From the human T2T-CHM13v2.0 reference genome, Homo sapiens, in the NCBI RefSeq assembly GCF_009914755.1, contig NC_060931.1: a DNA stretch of 64,000 nt, one strand, 5' to 3'. The notes beneath the pieces were generated by a model. It was not told the origin of the DNA. It searched no databases and worked only from the letters and a program-made list of their open reading frames with translations. Both the position numbers and the translations under genes were made by a program. How positions within the stretch are numbered: the stretch's first letter is position 1; every line of letters begins with the position of its first letter. This document shows, in pieces, positions 1 through 13,440 of the stretch.

Positions 1-197
1 TTTCCCCTTTCGCTTGGCCCTCATTCTGTGTTTCCCACCTCCATGTAAGACATCCTTTTGCTCTTCCTTCATCTTACACCATGATGGTGGGGCCTCCCCA
101 GTCATGTGGCACTGCGAGTCCATTAAGCCTCTTTTTCTTTATGAATTGCCCAGTCATGGGTGTGTCTTTATTAGCAGCGTGAGAATGAGCTAATACA
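1..197 (+). mobile_element. THE1/MST-type MaLR LTR, 3' part
   Basis: ccatgat...ggcctccccagtcatgtgg...gagtccattaagcctctttt...gtctttattagcagcgtgagaatgagctaataca, the typical THE1 3' end. Confidence 0.8.
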
Positions 198-479
198 TAC
201 ACTAACCAAGCACCCTCTGTGGCTGACTCCAAGTTGTCATGGAAGTTGATAAAGTACCCTTGAGAGCTTAGTACCAAGTCACGTGCTGACTGACTGGGTT
301 TTACACGTCCTAGCCACCTTCCACCCAGACCACTGTATCCAAAACCTGGCCTGGCCACGTTTTGGATAACTTTTTACTTACTTTTTTATTTAGTGAACTA
401 CAGTTTATTTGATCATTCTTGATCACTTTATTAAGCGGAAGGAGATGTTAATCTCTGAAAAGTCTATCCTTTTACTTCC

Positions 480-959
480 CTAAACCAAAAAGTGACTGGA
501 GCAGATCTCAATAGATGAGAAGTTTATTTTGTCAAGGTTGAGGGCACACCCAGGAAAAAGAAACACAAGTCATAGTAGGATCTATGGCCTGTGCTTTTTC
601 CAAAGAGGGTTTTTGGAACTTCAGTATTTAGAGAAAAGAACAAGCAAGAGTAGCGGGGGGTGGGAAAGAGGGAGGGAGAGGAGGCAATGAGGCCAGTGGT
701 CACATTCCTGTGAAGCCCTGACCAGCCCTCAGTGGATCTACATTTTACATGTGAAGAAAGGGAATCAGGGAAAGTCAATTATGATTCTCTCTCTGCTTAG
801 TAAATCTACACTTTACATGAGTTAAAGTAAACATGTGACATCATAGCTGTCTGTTTGGGAACAAAAGGAAGGCAGTGTTTTGCATGACTCAGTTCCCAGC
901 CCTAACTTCCCCTTTGGCACAGTGAGTTTGGGGTCCTGAGTTTCTATTTTCCTTGCACA
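480..959 (-). mobile_element. MER4-family ERV1 solo LTR
   Basis: Reverse complement begins tgtgcaaggaaaatagaaactcaggaccccaaactcactgtgccaaagggg...ctgggaactgagtcatgcaa, resembling the MER4 LTR start. Confidence 0.7.
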
Positions 960-1334
960 CGTCTTAGTGCTGTGATAGAAAAGGGGTTTATTTGAACTCT
1001 TGCCATCTTTGTCTTAAAAGATGATGGAAAGTCAACTGTCTGTGGATGTGATAGGCAAATCAGTTGTTTTAAGCAATTCTTAGGTAAGATTTAACATGGC
1101 CTCAACTAATTACTTAAGAGACAGCTAGGAATTATTTCTGTTTGCCTGTACTTTGCCTCTGTATGTGTGTGTGTGCATTGCATTTCTAGGGAAAATATTG
1201 AATAGCAGTTTCTTTTTTGAATAATTATGTATTAGAGAAATTTAGCAATATTCTTCCCAAATTCTATATACTTTACATTACCCTTCATTTTACCTTCCAG
1301 CTGATAGAAGAGGGAAAATTGTAGATTATTAATT

Positions 1335-1390
1335 GATAGATAGATAGACAGACAGATTGTCAGGGAGATGGATGGATGGATAGATAGATA
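1335..1390. repeat. Compound GATA/GACA/GGAT tetranucleotide repeat
   Basis: gatagatagatagacagacagat...gatggatggatggatagatagata. Confidence 0.85.
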
Positions 1391-2714
1391 ATAGAGGACT
1401 TTAGCTTATATAGCAATTCCTGATACAGGCACAGATGCAGACTCATAGTATAAAGTTGCTTATCATGGCAAGTGCCTGACATTTCACCATTTTGATGACT
1501 ATTCTAGGCCCAAAAGCTCACAGACTGGGGGCAAATCTTTTCCATCTAAAAACACTCCCATCATCCCTTAACAAACTGATGACAACATAATTGTTTTCTA
1601 TCAAATGAATCCTGAAATAGTATAAAACATACAAAAATTCAGTCTGTTTCATGGAGCATACACCTTCAAAATTCTTTTCAGGCTTATTTTTGTCACTAAA
1701 TAAAAATCAATCACTTGAAAGCATACGTCTCTGATTTCTATCCCTTGTCTTATAGGCAGGTGTCTCTATTTCCAAGTCAGCATTCATTATGCACTTAGCT
1801 AATATTTATTGAACCTCTGTGTTCTGTTGGTAGTTATGAGTGTGATGCAGGGGTGGCTGGGATATCAGGTGTCCTCTTTGAGGGTTTCTCTCCAGGGTAG
1901 ACGGGAAGCCTCATTGCATCCAGGGTACAGAAAGGTGTGACAGATTCCCCAAGACACGGGCTGCACTTTGGGGCACTGTGGAACTCACAGGTGAGCCCCT
2001 CCCTGTGCTCAGGGGCATCAGGTTGTCCTTCAGGGGCCAGCAGGTAAAACGGACTCTGAGAGCAGAGGCCTGCTAAGAAGGAAGTGGGGGTGTGGGCAGT
2101 CAGGAAGTCATGGCTTCTGTTTGAGTAAAGCCTGATGAACCACACTCCTTACCCAGGGTTAGAGGAACGTCTATGGGACCAGCTGTCAAATTAAAAGCAT
2201 AAGTCACACATTCTATTTCCAGAGCCCACAAGGAGGAAAAACTGAGACTTCCTAGACATGAATTTCATTTCTGACAGGCTTCTCTCCTGCTACATACATG
2301 CACATTATCTACACACATGCACATGTATGTAGATAGCGTGGCAAGTGCATGCACACACAATTCTGCACACACACCTCCTCCTGCACTCAAGGTTTCTGGT
2401 CTCCATACAAAGATGGGAAGATTTGGGGCTCAGGGATTTTGATCAAACCCTCGGTAAAGCAGAAACCACCTCTGTTGTACTTCTAGTTTTCTGTTTCAGG
2501 GCCCAAGAAAGTCCATTTCAAGGGCCTTATGTGTAATTCACAGTTTTGTTGGAGTCCCCTTCTAGGTAGACAAAACAGAGGAACCTTTCTTAGACTGGAT
2601 CTCAGTTCAGCCATCCCAGGGGCTACCCTCTCACCTCAAACTCAACAGAAGATCAGGAATCTGGGGGTAGCATGGGCCACGTGTCTTCCCTCTCAACACC
2701 GCGGTACCCTGGAG

Positions 2715-3234
2715 CAGGGGTTCCCAACCCCCCCAGCCACAGACTGGTATCGGTCCATGGCCTATTAGGAACCAGGCTGCACAGCAGCAGGGGAGCAGCG
2801 AGTGAGCAAGCAAAGCCTCATGTGTATTTACAGCTGCTCCCATCGCTGGCATTACCACCAGAGCTCCGCCCCCTGTCAGATCAGCGGCTGCATTAGATTC
2901 TCGTAATAGCACGAACCCTATTGTGAACTGTGCCCGCGAGGCATCTAGGTTACACACGCCTTATGAGAATCTAATGCCTGATGATCTGTCCCTGTCTCCC
3001 ATCACCCCCGGATAGGACCGTAATTGCAGGAAAACAAGCTCAAGGCTCCCACTGATTCTACGTGATGGTGAGTTGTATAATTATTTCATTCTGTATTACA
3101 ATGTAATAATCATAGAAATAAAGGGCACAATAAATGGAATGCACTTGAATCATCCTGAAACCATCCCCCCGACATTGGTAGAAAAACTGTCTTCTGTGAA
3201 ACCAGTCCCTGTGCCAAAAAGGCTGGGACCACTG
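2715..3234 (+). mobile_element. MER1A (hAT-Charlie) DNA transposon
   Basis: Termini caggggttcccaacccc...gtgccaaaaaggctgggaccactg; internal cattagattctc/gagaatctaatg inverted repeat; 8-bp TSD ccctggag/ccctgaag. Confidence 0.85.
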
Positions 3235-3464
3235 CCCTGAAGCACTCAGGAGACACCTGCATGCCACTCAGGTCTCTGCAGGAAATGACGCTGGACCGGC
3301 GGTTCTACCGAGAGACTTCCTGTCTTAGTTGGCCCCATTTATCCTCTGACGGTTTCCCACATACATGGCTTCTCACACTCTATTCTTCTCATGGACATAT
3401 TCGTGCCACTTGCAGTTCCACATTTCACTGCTTTTCAGATTGATGTGTTACCGGAGAATTATTC

Positions 3465-3630
3465 TTCTATCTATTATTATTATAACATTCACCATAATCA
3501 TCATTAGCCCATTAACTCATAACTATTACTATCATTGCTAATATAATGACTGTTAACTAAATATGAATAATGTATGCTATCACTAATATAATTACTATTA
3601 TTAACTATATTCCATCTCACATAATCTATC
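3465..3630. repeat. AT-rich low-complexity (ATT/ACT) tract
   Basis: tattattattataac...taactattattaactat. Confidence 0.7.
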
Positions 3631-4016
3631 TCAGCTGCTTCATCTCCCTCTGCCTCCTTTCACCTTCCCCCTGCCTGATGTTACAAACTGAACAACTTAG
3701 AGTTCCTTGAATATTCCATGAGCCCGGCTTCTCCCCCAGGCCATAATGAGGGTATGTCAGTGTGCAGTGCACAATTAGTTCCTCTGCCAAGGCAAGATCT
3801 GGGGTGCATGGCCGGCCTTGCAGCCCGTGTGGGTGTCCCAGTCTTGCTCTTGCTCTTTAAGTCAGGTGTTTGCCTCTGCTGCTGCCATGGGAACCATCTA
3901 CTGCTGCAGGTCAGGCATCAGAAAAGTTGTGTGTCCTGCCCTACACCCGTCAAGTGACGACAGATGACAATTGGAGGGGAAGGAGAGGAGGTCAGAGGAA
4001 CTGGAGTTGCACTCGT

Positions 4017-4064
4017 ACCCTCCCTGGTGAACTGAAAGAGCACCCTCCCTGGTGAACTGAAAGA
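4017..4064. repeat. Tandem duplication with a 25-bp period
   Basis: accctccctggtgaactgaaaga at 4017 and 4042. Confidence 0.85.
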
Positions 4065-5559
4065 TAGACAATATCCATAATGTCGAGGCATTGACCAAAA
4101 TCTTACCACGTGTTTTGTGCTCCATAGAATCTATTTCAATGGAGCACCGGCTCTTAGAGCGCTTAAAGATTCTGCTTTATTAACTGACTCCATGTTGCTC
4201 TACTGGGCCCTGTGGAGTAGTTAACAGCTGTTAGCTTGAAAGAACGTATGGTTTTGTTGGGAACTGTAAGGTGTAATTAATTCATTAGGACCTGCTACAT
4301 GTCAGAGGCTGCGTGAGACACCGGGCTGCACTCATACCTCACGTCTCAGACACAGACTTGGACCTCAGGGAGGTCACATCCCTCTGAGGAAGAGACCAGC
4401 AAAACACCAATCAGATGTGACCAGTGGCACTGGCCACTAGAGTAAGCACCTGGGCTCTGGGGTCACAGCAGAGGGGGCACCACCAGCTCTGGGAAGGCTT
4501 TAGGGAGTGGATGGCAATTAGAACTTTCAGGATGAAAGGATGTGGTTCAGAGGACTGGGGGAGAGGGCAGCACAGACAGACGAAGCCACGTGCAGGGGCA
4601 CTGAGACAGCTCAGGAATGGCGGTGAGTTCACCCCCACCGGGTCGTGTCCGGGAAAATGATGGAGAGCAGCACTGAGGATCAGCAGGGGAAGATCACGCT
4701 GTGCATCCTGAGTCTTCTGGGCTTCATGCTGTGGGTCGGGGTGATTCGTTGAAAGATCTTAGCCTAGGGGTGTTTTAGGAAGATGGCACAGGCTGCAGCA
4801 TGTAGACCAATCTGAAGGAAAGATTTGCAGTCTTGCAGGTGAGATGTCATTAGGCCTTGGACTGAGACAGGAGTGGTAAGAGGGGAACATACTTGGGAGT
4901 CTGGGGGGAAGGTCAAGGTCAAGGTCAGCGGGATTTATGACATGGTCATCTACGGGGAGAAAGAGCCAGGGAGTAGCTTCTAAGACTGTGTTTCTAGCTG
5001 GAGTGACTAGAGGAGTGAGGGTGATCTTTTCAGAGCTCAGGAGTATGTAAGGAACAGATTAAGGTGGGAGGGCAGGAAAAAAGACAAAACAGAAGTTCTG
5101 CTTGGATTCGTTGCATTCTAGCTGCCAAGATGGAACTATCCGGAGGCAAGGCGGCACTTAAACTGCAAGCTGGGGCTGCAGGTGGAGATTCGGGAGTGAC
5201 TGTTTTAGGATTAATTTCTAATGGCCTCAGATAAGATGACCCAGGGTAAAGGGAGACTATGCAGAGGGGGAGCAGTGAGAGTGAAGAGGAGGATAAATAA
5301 CAATAGATGGCATTGCATGGGACATAAAGTGACTGCTCGGAGGTTATTTACGGGAAGATGGATCTCGCAATTGAGTGCTGAAGAAGGCGTTTGGTAACAA
5401 CTGGAGCCCCTTCTCTGTGCCAGGAGCGGGCACTGAGGGGCACAAGTGATTAAATACCACCCCTGCCCTCAAATGAAAGCCAACATAGAAACAGATAAAC
5501 TATAGATCAAGTTTGCAATTCCTAGAGTTGAGATATAAACTAGGTACTATGGGAACACA

Positions 5560-6020
5560 GAGCTCATTTTTCTTTTTTATTAGATGAGCAATAAGTGTTA
5601 AATGTAGAAAAATTAGAAAATACAGAGAAACAGAAAGGACATATATGTAACTCATAATTCTACAACCCAGACATGTGGCTATGAACATTTTCATTCATGT
5701 CTCATACAAATAAAAAATACATTTTTTAGCAAAATGAGATCATACAGCACACACTGTTTTGTAAACATTTTTACTTCATATTTTATTATTTCTGTAGTAT
5801 TAACTATGTTATCATTTTCAATAACTGCCTAGTTTCTTTTTTTAGCAAATGTATCATAATTTATTAACCTGTCTCCATCATTGGACATTTAGATTGGTTC
5901 CTGGCTTTCACCACATTAGACGGAATGGCAAATATTCTTGTAGCTACATATATGCAAACATCAACATTATTTCTTTACAATAAATTCCCAGAAGTGGAAT
6001 TGTTGTGTTACACGATGTTC
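5560..6020 (-). mobile_element. Old L1ME-like fragment
   Basis: cataatttattaacc...ttggacatttagattggttcc...taaattcccagaagtggaattg. Confidence 0.55.
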
Positions 6021-6194
6021 TAGTTAAGCTCTTTAGCTATAAGAACTAGACCTCTCTTCTCTATAGACTTGCTAGCTCCAGCTTAAAAGTAGAGGGAGGG
6101 GATTTTTATGAACAAAAGGAAATGAGGGAATCTAAAGGCGCCAAGAAGCTGATTCCTGCAGGCCTGTTGAGAGACTAGAAATTAAAACTCCCCG

Positions 6195-6495
6195 GGCCAG
6201 GCACGGTGGCTCATGCCTGTAATCCCAGCACTTTGGGAGGCCGAGGCAGGAGGATCACTTGAGCCCAGGAGCTCAAGAGCAGCCTGGGCAATATTACCAG
6301 ACCCCATCTCTATAAAAATAAAAAAAATCAGGTGGACATGGTGGTGCGTGCCTGTGGTCCCAGCTTCTTGGGAGGCTGAGGTGGGAGGATCACCTGAGCC
6401 CAGGAGGTCAAGGCTGTGGTGAACCGAGATCACACCAGTGCACTCCAGCCTGGGCAACAGAGTTAGGCCCTGTCTCCAAAATAAGTAAATAAGCA
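6195..6495 (+). mobile_element. Alu (AluJ-like)
   Basis: Dimeric Alu with gaggatcacttgagcccaggag and gcccaggaggtcaaggctg. Confidence 0.92.
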
Positions 6496-8019
6496 ATGAA
6501 GCTCCCTGGATTCCAGCCCCTGTTACTCAGGAGCCGCAGGGCCTCTCACCCATGCTCCTCTGTGCCTCTCTGCCACCCTTCTCTTCTTTACCAGCCTGGT
6601 TTGCTTACTTCTTTTGCCATAAGACTCAATTTTATGTCATGGCCCCTCAGCTTCAGTGGCTGACGGTAGTCTCTGCCTTTTAGTTAAGACGCCGGAGAAG
6701 GTGAGTCTGATTGGCAGATTCCCACCAGTCCTGAGTTCTGGCCAGCTAAGCTCGGGCAGCCATGGATCTGGGGGCTGGGAGCAGGATTCAGTCGGGATGT
6801 GCTGGAGCCCACTTACCCCAGCTAGTGAGAGCTGACCCTGGGCACCTCCTCCCAGCTCCAAGTTCACTGACGTCATATTGGGAGCTTGAAATCGGCTGTG
6901 CCGGATTTACTTACAGCAAGAAAACCAGTAAGTGCTGAGTCAGGGCTGGTCGTGAGATGTTCCTCCGAATACCACTGGGTGTCACATGGAACAAAACTCT
7001 CTGACTCCTTGAGAAATGAGTATGGCCAGTGACTGACATCTTTAGAATATTTCTGAAACAATGTAATCTCATTAACATTCCGTAGATGTTACTTCATTCT
7101 GTTATTGTGTTTAATGTCCCAGAGAAGAAATCTAGTTTTGGGATTTTCATTTCTTTTCTTTAGATTGATATGTTGTTTTATCTGTCTGCACTCTTGTCAG
7201 TTTGATTTGCTTACAAAGCGTGCACGTTTTACTGGGCTGCAACTGTGGTGGGGCGCTCCCTTTGCTGGTTCTCAGTAAGTCCATTTTATTTGAAGATGCA
7301 AATCTTTTTCCAAGTCGGGGAAGTTTTTCCACGTTGTTAATTTGATTAATGTGTTTCTTTCACTTACAGTGTATTCACCTTCTGGAATTCCTACTGTGCT
7401 TATATTTGATCTTTTGGGTCAATCTTCCATTTTGCTTATCTTTTCCTCATCATAGCTAACTTAATCTATTTTCTTTGAATTCTGGAGAAAACTCTTGATT
7501 CCAGCCAGGTTCACTGATTTGATTGTATGCACTATCCAGTCTGTTCTTTCGAGCTTCTGTTGCATTGTTAATTTTGGCAATTGTATTCTCATCTGAAAGT
7601 AGTCTTTTCTGATCTCAGATGATTCCATTTTCATATTTACAGTGTGTTATTGACTCCTCTCAATGAGTTATTTGATTCAGATTCTCTGGTTGATCTCAAG
7701 CAGTGTAATTCAGAAATTTCTTAAATGTTCTGTTTCATAAGGGTGATATTTCTTTATGTTCTTTAAATTGATCCCATTATTATGGACTTTTTTTTTTATT
7801 ATGAGCTTTATTATCAGGGCTACTTCACTTTTATTTTGCCACATTAATGAATGTGCAGGCTGTATTGAGAGCCTACAGTTCACTGCAATTGAATGAAGGG
7901 AGGTTTGTTACGGGGCTAAAGGAATTCCTTTCCCTGTTTGTTTTAATAATCGAGAAGTTGCCCGGGCTCTACTCTTCTCTCACCAGCACTTAGTGTGCTC
8001 AAGAGGTTCTCTCAATGGA

Positions 8020-8165
8020 GCCCGGGACTGGCAGTGTGGGCATCCCCTGAGTACCTGCCAGAAATGCCCGGTCCAGAGGCACCAGCTCAGAAACTCTGGT
8101 ATGGGGCCTGGGAATGTGTGTCTTCACAAGTCCTCCAGGTTGGTGCCATCAAAGTTTGGGAAGTG
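8020..8165. mobile_element. MER5A-like hAT element
   Basis: cagaaatgc...tcagaaactctgg...gggcctgggaatgtgtgtcttcacaagtcctccaggt...aaagtttgggaa. Confidence 0.6.
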
Positions 8166-10971
8166 CCTATTTGCTCACCACTGGGCTTCCAGCCACAGCA
8201 AGGGTGAGCCAGGTCCAAGTTCACGTTTAGTCCCCTCATGGCAACATCTGTGCACTTTCACGAGGCATTTGCAGATTTGCCCAGCCTGTACCTCAGCCCT
8301 CAAGCTGCTCCTACCCGGAATTCTGACCTCTGTGGAGTTTGCAGGGTTCCTCAGGGGTTCCTTTCACTTCGTGTCCAGGTGGACTTGTCTTTTGCGGGTG
8401 GGGAATTTCAGGTTGGGCAGCCTCTCCCTTAGACAGGGCTTGCTCATGCTGTCCTGCAGGAGCTCCAGTGTGGGTGGTCGTGATTTTGATTCTCAGCAGA
8501 AATGCAGACTATTTCCCTACTATTTTTTCTTTGGATATTTCTATAGAGATTTAGGAAGAGGTGCAGAATGGGAGGCTCAAATCACCTGGAGGCAGAAATT
8601 CCTCTTTTTTTTTTTTTGGATGACCTAAGGGAGATTTACAGAGTAAAGGGGACGCTGTTGTAACCATCCAGGTGGGGATGAGGAGGGTCTGGCATTGGGG
8701 ATGGGGAAAAGGTGGACTCCTGAGTATTTCTGAGATCCAGTGGATCAGCCTGAGGAGCAGTTGCGTGGAAGGAGAGGATGAGTTAGGATGGCTCAGTTCA
8801 TTCAGTTACAGTGAACTGTAGGCTCTCATTTTCTAGCGCAGCTGCCCTGATGACTTCTTGGAAGACATCAAATTGTGTTTGACTTGGGCAGAAGGATGGC
8901 ACTGGATGAGTGAATGGATGGGGTGGCCATTCCCAACCACAGCTGAGCACGTCGTGGTGACGGGGTGTGATCTCCCCCACCCCTGCTGCACCCAGAGCTG
9001 TCCTGGTCACATGCACATTCACTGTCAGACGACAAACAGGGAGAATGACCGATGCTGCCAGGAATTCTGTTTGGGTCTCGTACGTTATCATCTGTTACCA
9101 GTGACAGTAGTGTTTGGGACATTTCGCCAGCTTCCCGGAGAAACAGCCCTTTTTCCTCGGCCTCCCGGCACCTGCAGTCCGTCCGTAGCTTTCCCACAAC
9201 CCATCCCTCAGAGAGTTCTGGCATGCTAATTTTCAGGTTTACCAAGTGGCATGAAAGATACTAATGAATTTCTTTACCCGTCGCCCTCCTCCTAGCTGTC
9301 ATAGCTCTTCCCACTTGAAGTGTTTGTTTTCCTTGTTCCTGTGTGTGTGTGACAGAGGTGAGGGGTCTGCTGCCTTCATGGTGGACGACTCACTTGTCTG
9401 GTGCTTCAAGCCTGGGGTCTGCCTTCCTAATAATGGCCACTGTCATTTTCCCCCAGCTGGAGGCCTGAGGACATCAGCTTAAGCCTCTCCAGGGCTCTGG
9501 GACCTGCAAGGTCCAGACTCTTAATGTGATTCTTGACAACTGATTTGTCAGCTCATTTTCCCCTTTTCTCAATGTCCTGTTGTAGCTCAGTCTGTCTGCT
9601 TGTCCTCAGCGTGTAATAAAACAACCCCAGACACCCCACTCCAGGAACCAGGGCCCCAGAGCTGTCCCACAGCCTAGTTTAGGACTGAAGCCCCAGATGG
9701 CACCCCCTGCCATTGGGAACTCTAAGGAGACTGAACAGGAAGAAACACAGAGCACATCTTCCAGGAAGAACCTTTGATAAGCTGAGAACTCTTTGCCCTT
9801 TATTTAAAAAGTAAAAAGAAGCGAGGAGGAGAAGCTGCGTAGAAGCCCTGCCCTCTGAGTTTGCTTAGAAAAAGCACATTCAAGTTTGCATTTAGGAATC
9901 GCAGTCAGTGACGCATGCTTGGGTTCCCTGCTCAAGCTGTTAGGGCAAAAGCGACGGCGTTTCTACCCTCATCAGGAGAGACTGCCTCTATGAATCTCTC
10001 GTCGCCAAACTAAGCAGTTTTAATCCAGATACAGAGTGGAGACAGATGAACGCATGCAGGATGCTTCTCCAGAGACGGCGTGTTCTCGCTGTTGTCAGCC
10101 ATCCAGACAGGGTGCTCAGAGGGCAGCCTTGGGGCACCCTGCAGTGGGCAGGCAGCATGAGGCACACGGATCCTTCCTTCTCTTTTCAGCTGAAGAAATG
10201 CTAAAGAGAAGTTTGTAAAATTCAGAGCCTCATCTCAGAGGGAAAGATGAGTTAATGATCTGCTGCAGAAGGACTTGGCAGGTGCGTGCTCCAGCCGGCT
10301 GAGAAGACACCCACGCAGCCCTCCCACCATGCTGAAAAACATAGGGTCAGCCATTGGCACTCCCCCTTTTCCCATTGATGAAACGGAAATTATCTTTTGG
10401 AATTGTGCTGTTAACAATACTCTGTATTGCCACAAGTAGGTTTTTGCAATATGTTGAACAAACGTGTTATCCCTTTTCAGGTCCTAAAGTAAAGAGGGTC
10501 TCAGGAGGGTGTAAGGGCAGCACGTGAGAGTGTGGCCTGTGAGGAGGATGTTGAGTGACTTCAGGGAAATCAGTGTCACCTATGCAGAGTCACAAGCTGG
10601 CTTTCCTAGTCTTCCAGCACCTGGATAAATCCCTTTTTGTGCAACAAGCACTGATGGAGTCTACAGAAGCATGCATTCCCGTGGGAAGGGCATGGCTTTG
10701 GTGCTGAGCCTCTAGATGGTACAGACAGGCATCAGGGACCCTTTGGCCACTCATTTAAACCCTCAGCCAGAAGGAATGAAATCACTGGGGCTGTCATGAG
10801 CAATGAAAATGACAATCTGCACTTTATAGACACTTAGCATAGTGTCTGGCATACAGTAGGCACCCAACATACCTTGAGTCTGTTATGTTTTGTCTATCAG
10901 CTGTTACATTTGTTTCTATTGTCTTTTCTCCAGTTTTCTCTGGGATTGGTTAGAGTGAAACGTCATGAAAT

Positions 10972-11183
10972 TGTTTTTATTTTATTTTAAAGACAGGATC
11001 TCGCTCTTTCACCCAGTCTGGAGTGCAGTGGTGTGATCTCGGCCCACTGCAGCCCTGACTTCTTTGGGCGCAGGTGATCCTTCTGCCTCAGGCTCCCCAG
11101 GCTGGTCTCGAACTCCTGGGCTCAAGCTGTCTGCCCACCTTGGCCTTCTACAGTGCTGGGATTGCAGGTGTGAGCCACCGTGA
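10972..11183 (-). mobile_element. Alu (AluJ-like) with an internal deletion
   Basis: The right arm joins the left arm at ggctccc|caggctggtctcgaactcc; the A-rich linker is missing. Confidence 0.85.
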
Positions 11184-11869
11184 GGTCCTGTTTTGATTTT
11201 AGACTCATCCCTTAAAGCCCAGGCTGTCACATACCAGCCACCACTTTCTACGACTCCGTAAGGCACGGTGGTTCAGAACACAGGCTGTGGCATCTGCAGA
11301 CCTGGCTTTGTGTTCAGGCTCAACCACTTAGCAACTGTGTGACCCAGGCCACATCAGGCTTCTTACCTGTAAAACAGGAACCACAGGCCTTTTGCATTTA
11401 GGGGCAAGGGTAGGCAGATGCCACATTTCCAGCAGGACTTATGGGACATGAACTTAATAAAAGTCTGCTCCAGTAGCCTGAGCACCTTTAGGGCTTAACT
11501 TGGGGGCCCGTCAATGCCTCCACCGCGCTCTCAGCCACAGAGGAATTCCTGAACTGTCCACCAGTGGGGTTCCGTTATTTCCTGTGATGGGCAGGTAGGG
11601 CTGACACTCTGTTCTCCAGTGTAGATTTCATAGTTTGGATTTGGGCGGCCCAGAAATAGCCTGCGAGATCTTACTGAACCAGGTCTGACGTCATCACACT
11701 AAATGGAAAAAAGTTAGGAACGTGCTGGTATTCCAGAATTCTTTTCTTAAAAAAGTAACGTTCCAAAGCAACCATATTGCTAATTGAAATAGAATTTTTT
11801 TTTTAAATTCAGGAAATGTTGGGCCCTTTAGTTTCCCTCCTATTTTTCATTAGGTATTTTGGAGCATTT

Positions 11870-12090
11870 CATTTATTGAGCACCTACCGTGTGCTGGCTG
11901 CTGTGTTATATGCATCGTACATATTTTGTTCTCACAACAACTCTGGAAAATAAGCATAACCCCTTTTCTCCTGTAGTAAAGGGGAACTTGGAAGGAAACA
12001 GAAGCCTGCCAGGGTCAGAGAGCTCATGGGCAGCCAAGGCAGGACTTAGACTTCACAGTCAGAGGCCTCAAAGCCTGCGCTTCTCCCGTG
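11870..12090 (-). mobile_element. MIR-like SINE
   Basis: catttattgagcacctac.gtgtgc...ctcacaacaactctgga...gtaaaggggaact. Confidence 0.55.
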
Positions 12091-13199
12091 ACACTGTCAT
12101 TTCAGAGGGTGATGGTCCACCATGGCTGAAGACCAAATTCAGCCAACAGCTGCTGCAGCCAAGAGTCCATCTGTCTCCTCTGACACTGTCATGTCCAACC
12201 TGTTTGCCTGAACATACTTTGGCCACTTTGGAGTATTCTGCTCAGAAGTAAAAATAATGTCGTCAAATTTCATAAATAGATTTCTGAGGTATATACTTCT
12301 CCGCAGGAACCTGGCTCACTTACTGTCTTTAGATAATGGAAATCGTGGTTGCAACTGAGGTTCTTTCCTAAGTTAACAAATGGTTGTTCCTCACCGCAGA
12401 ACTACAGGAATGACCCTTACAAATGAGCAGATTCTTTGTTTTCTCTTGATTGCTGGCAGCAGCTGCTGTGGGTGCTCAGTAGAGGAATGTTTAGTGAGAG
12501 AAACTGAGCTAGTGTTGCAGCAGAGGAAAAACACTAGGAAATTGACGACTTATCTTTCCATTTGCACCTTCAGAAATAGGTTAATTGTTTCAGTGACTGC
12601 CTCTGTCTTGATTAGGAAGCATTAATAGCAATTAATGATATAACTTCAAAAAAGGTATAGGAAAATTAATAGAATTCTCCGTTAATATAAATTATACTCA
12701 TTATCTACTGTATCCAGAACCATCAGGCCTGCCAAGCTCGTTGATTAAAGTACAAGTGGAGTTTTTTCGGTCTGAATTCTCTAGATAGTTAAACCTTTAT
12801 TTATTTATTTATTTTGCAGTATAAAATTCCCCACAGTGAGCCAATAGTATTATTTAGTTTAAAATCCCTCAATTCTACAACTTAGAAACCTTTCATAAGT
12901 TAATTTTATTAATGTACACACATTTTATCTACACGTACAAATATTATTTGATGGTAATGATGAAACTTTGTTAATAAAGGATGGTGAAGAAAAGTTCAGG
13001 TCAAAAAAATATGAAATTGTAGGACTGATTTTATCTAGCTTTAATTCTACTCTGCAGTAGAAACAGAAGGCTTTTTTGGTAGGCAGACGCCACATTTCCA
13101 GCAGGACTTGTGGGACTTGAACTCAATAAAAGTTTTTTTTTGGGGGGGGTGGGTGGAATGCCAATAATGGTAAGAATAACAATAGCAACAATGATAGCA

Positions 13200-13440
13200 A
13201 AGGCAATAACCAACATCCCCTAATCTGCCCCTAGGACCAGGTTCAGTACCTCACATGCATTCTCACTAATCTTCACACTTACAGGAATCTTCAAGGTAGA
13301 GGGTGTTACCCCGCTTTACAGATGAGGAAACTAAGTCCCAGAGGTGGTCAGGAACTGGCTCAAATTCAGACAGCAAAGTGGCAGAGCTGAGAGTCATGCC
13401 CAGGTGGGGAAACCCCACGCGTGCATTCTGTCACTCGGCT
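13200..13440 (-). mobile_element. MIR SINE
   Basis: Core ccccgctttacagatgaggaaactaagtcccagaggtggtcaggaactggc. Confidence 0.65.

Noticed and set aside
7993-8628. 211-aa plus-strand ORF
   Set aside because: GTG start, overlaps a MER5-like element, has no homology I can recognise and no fitting splice structure.
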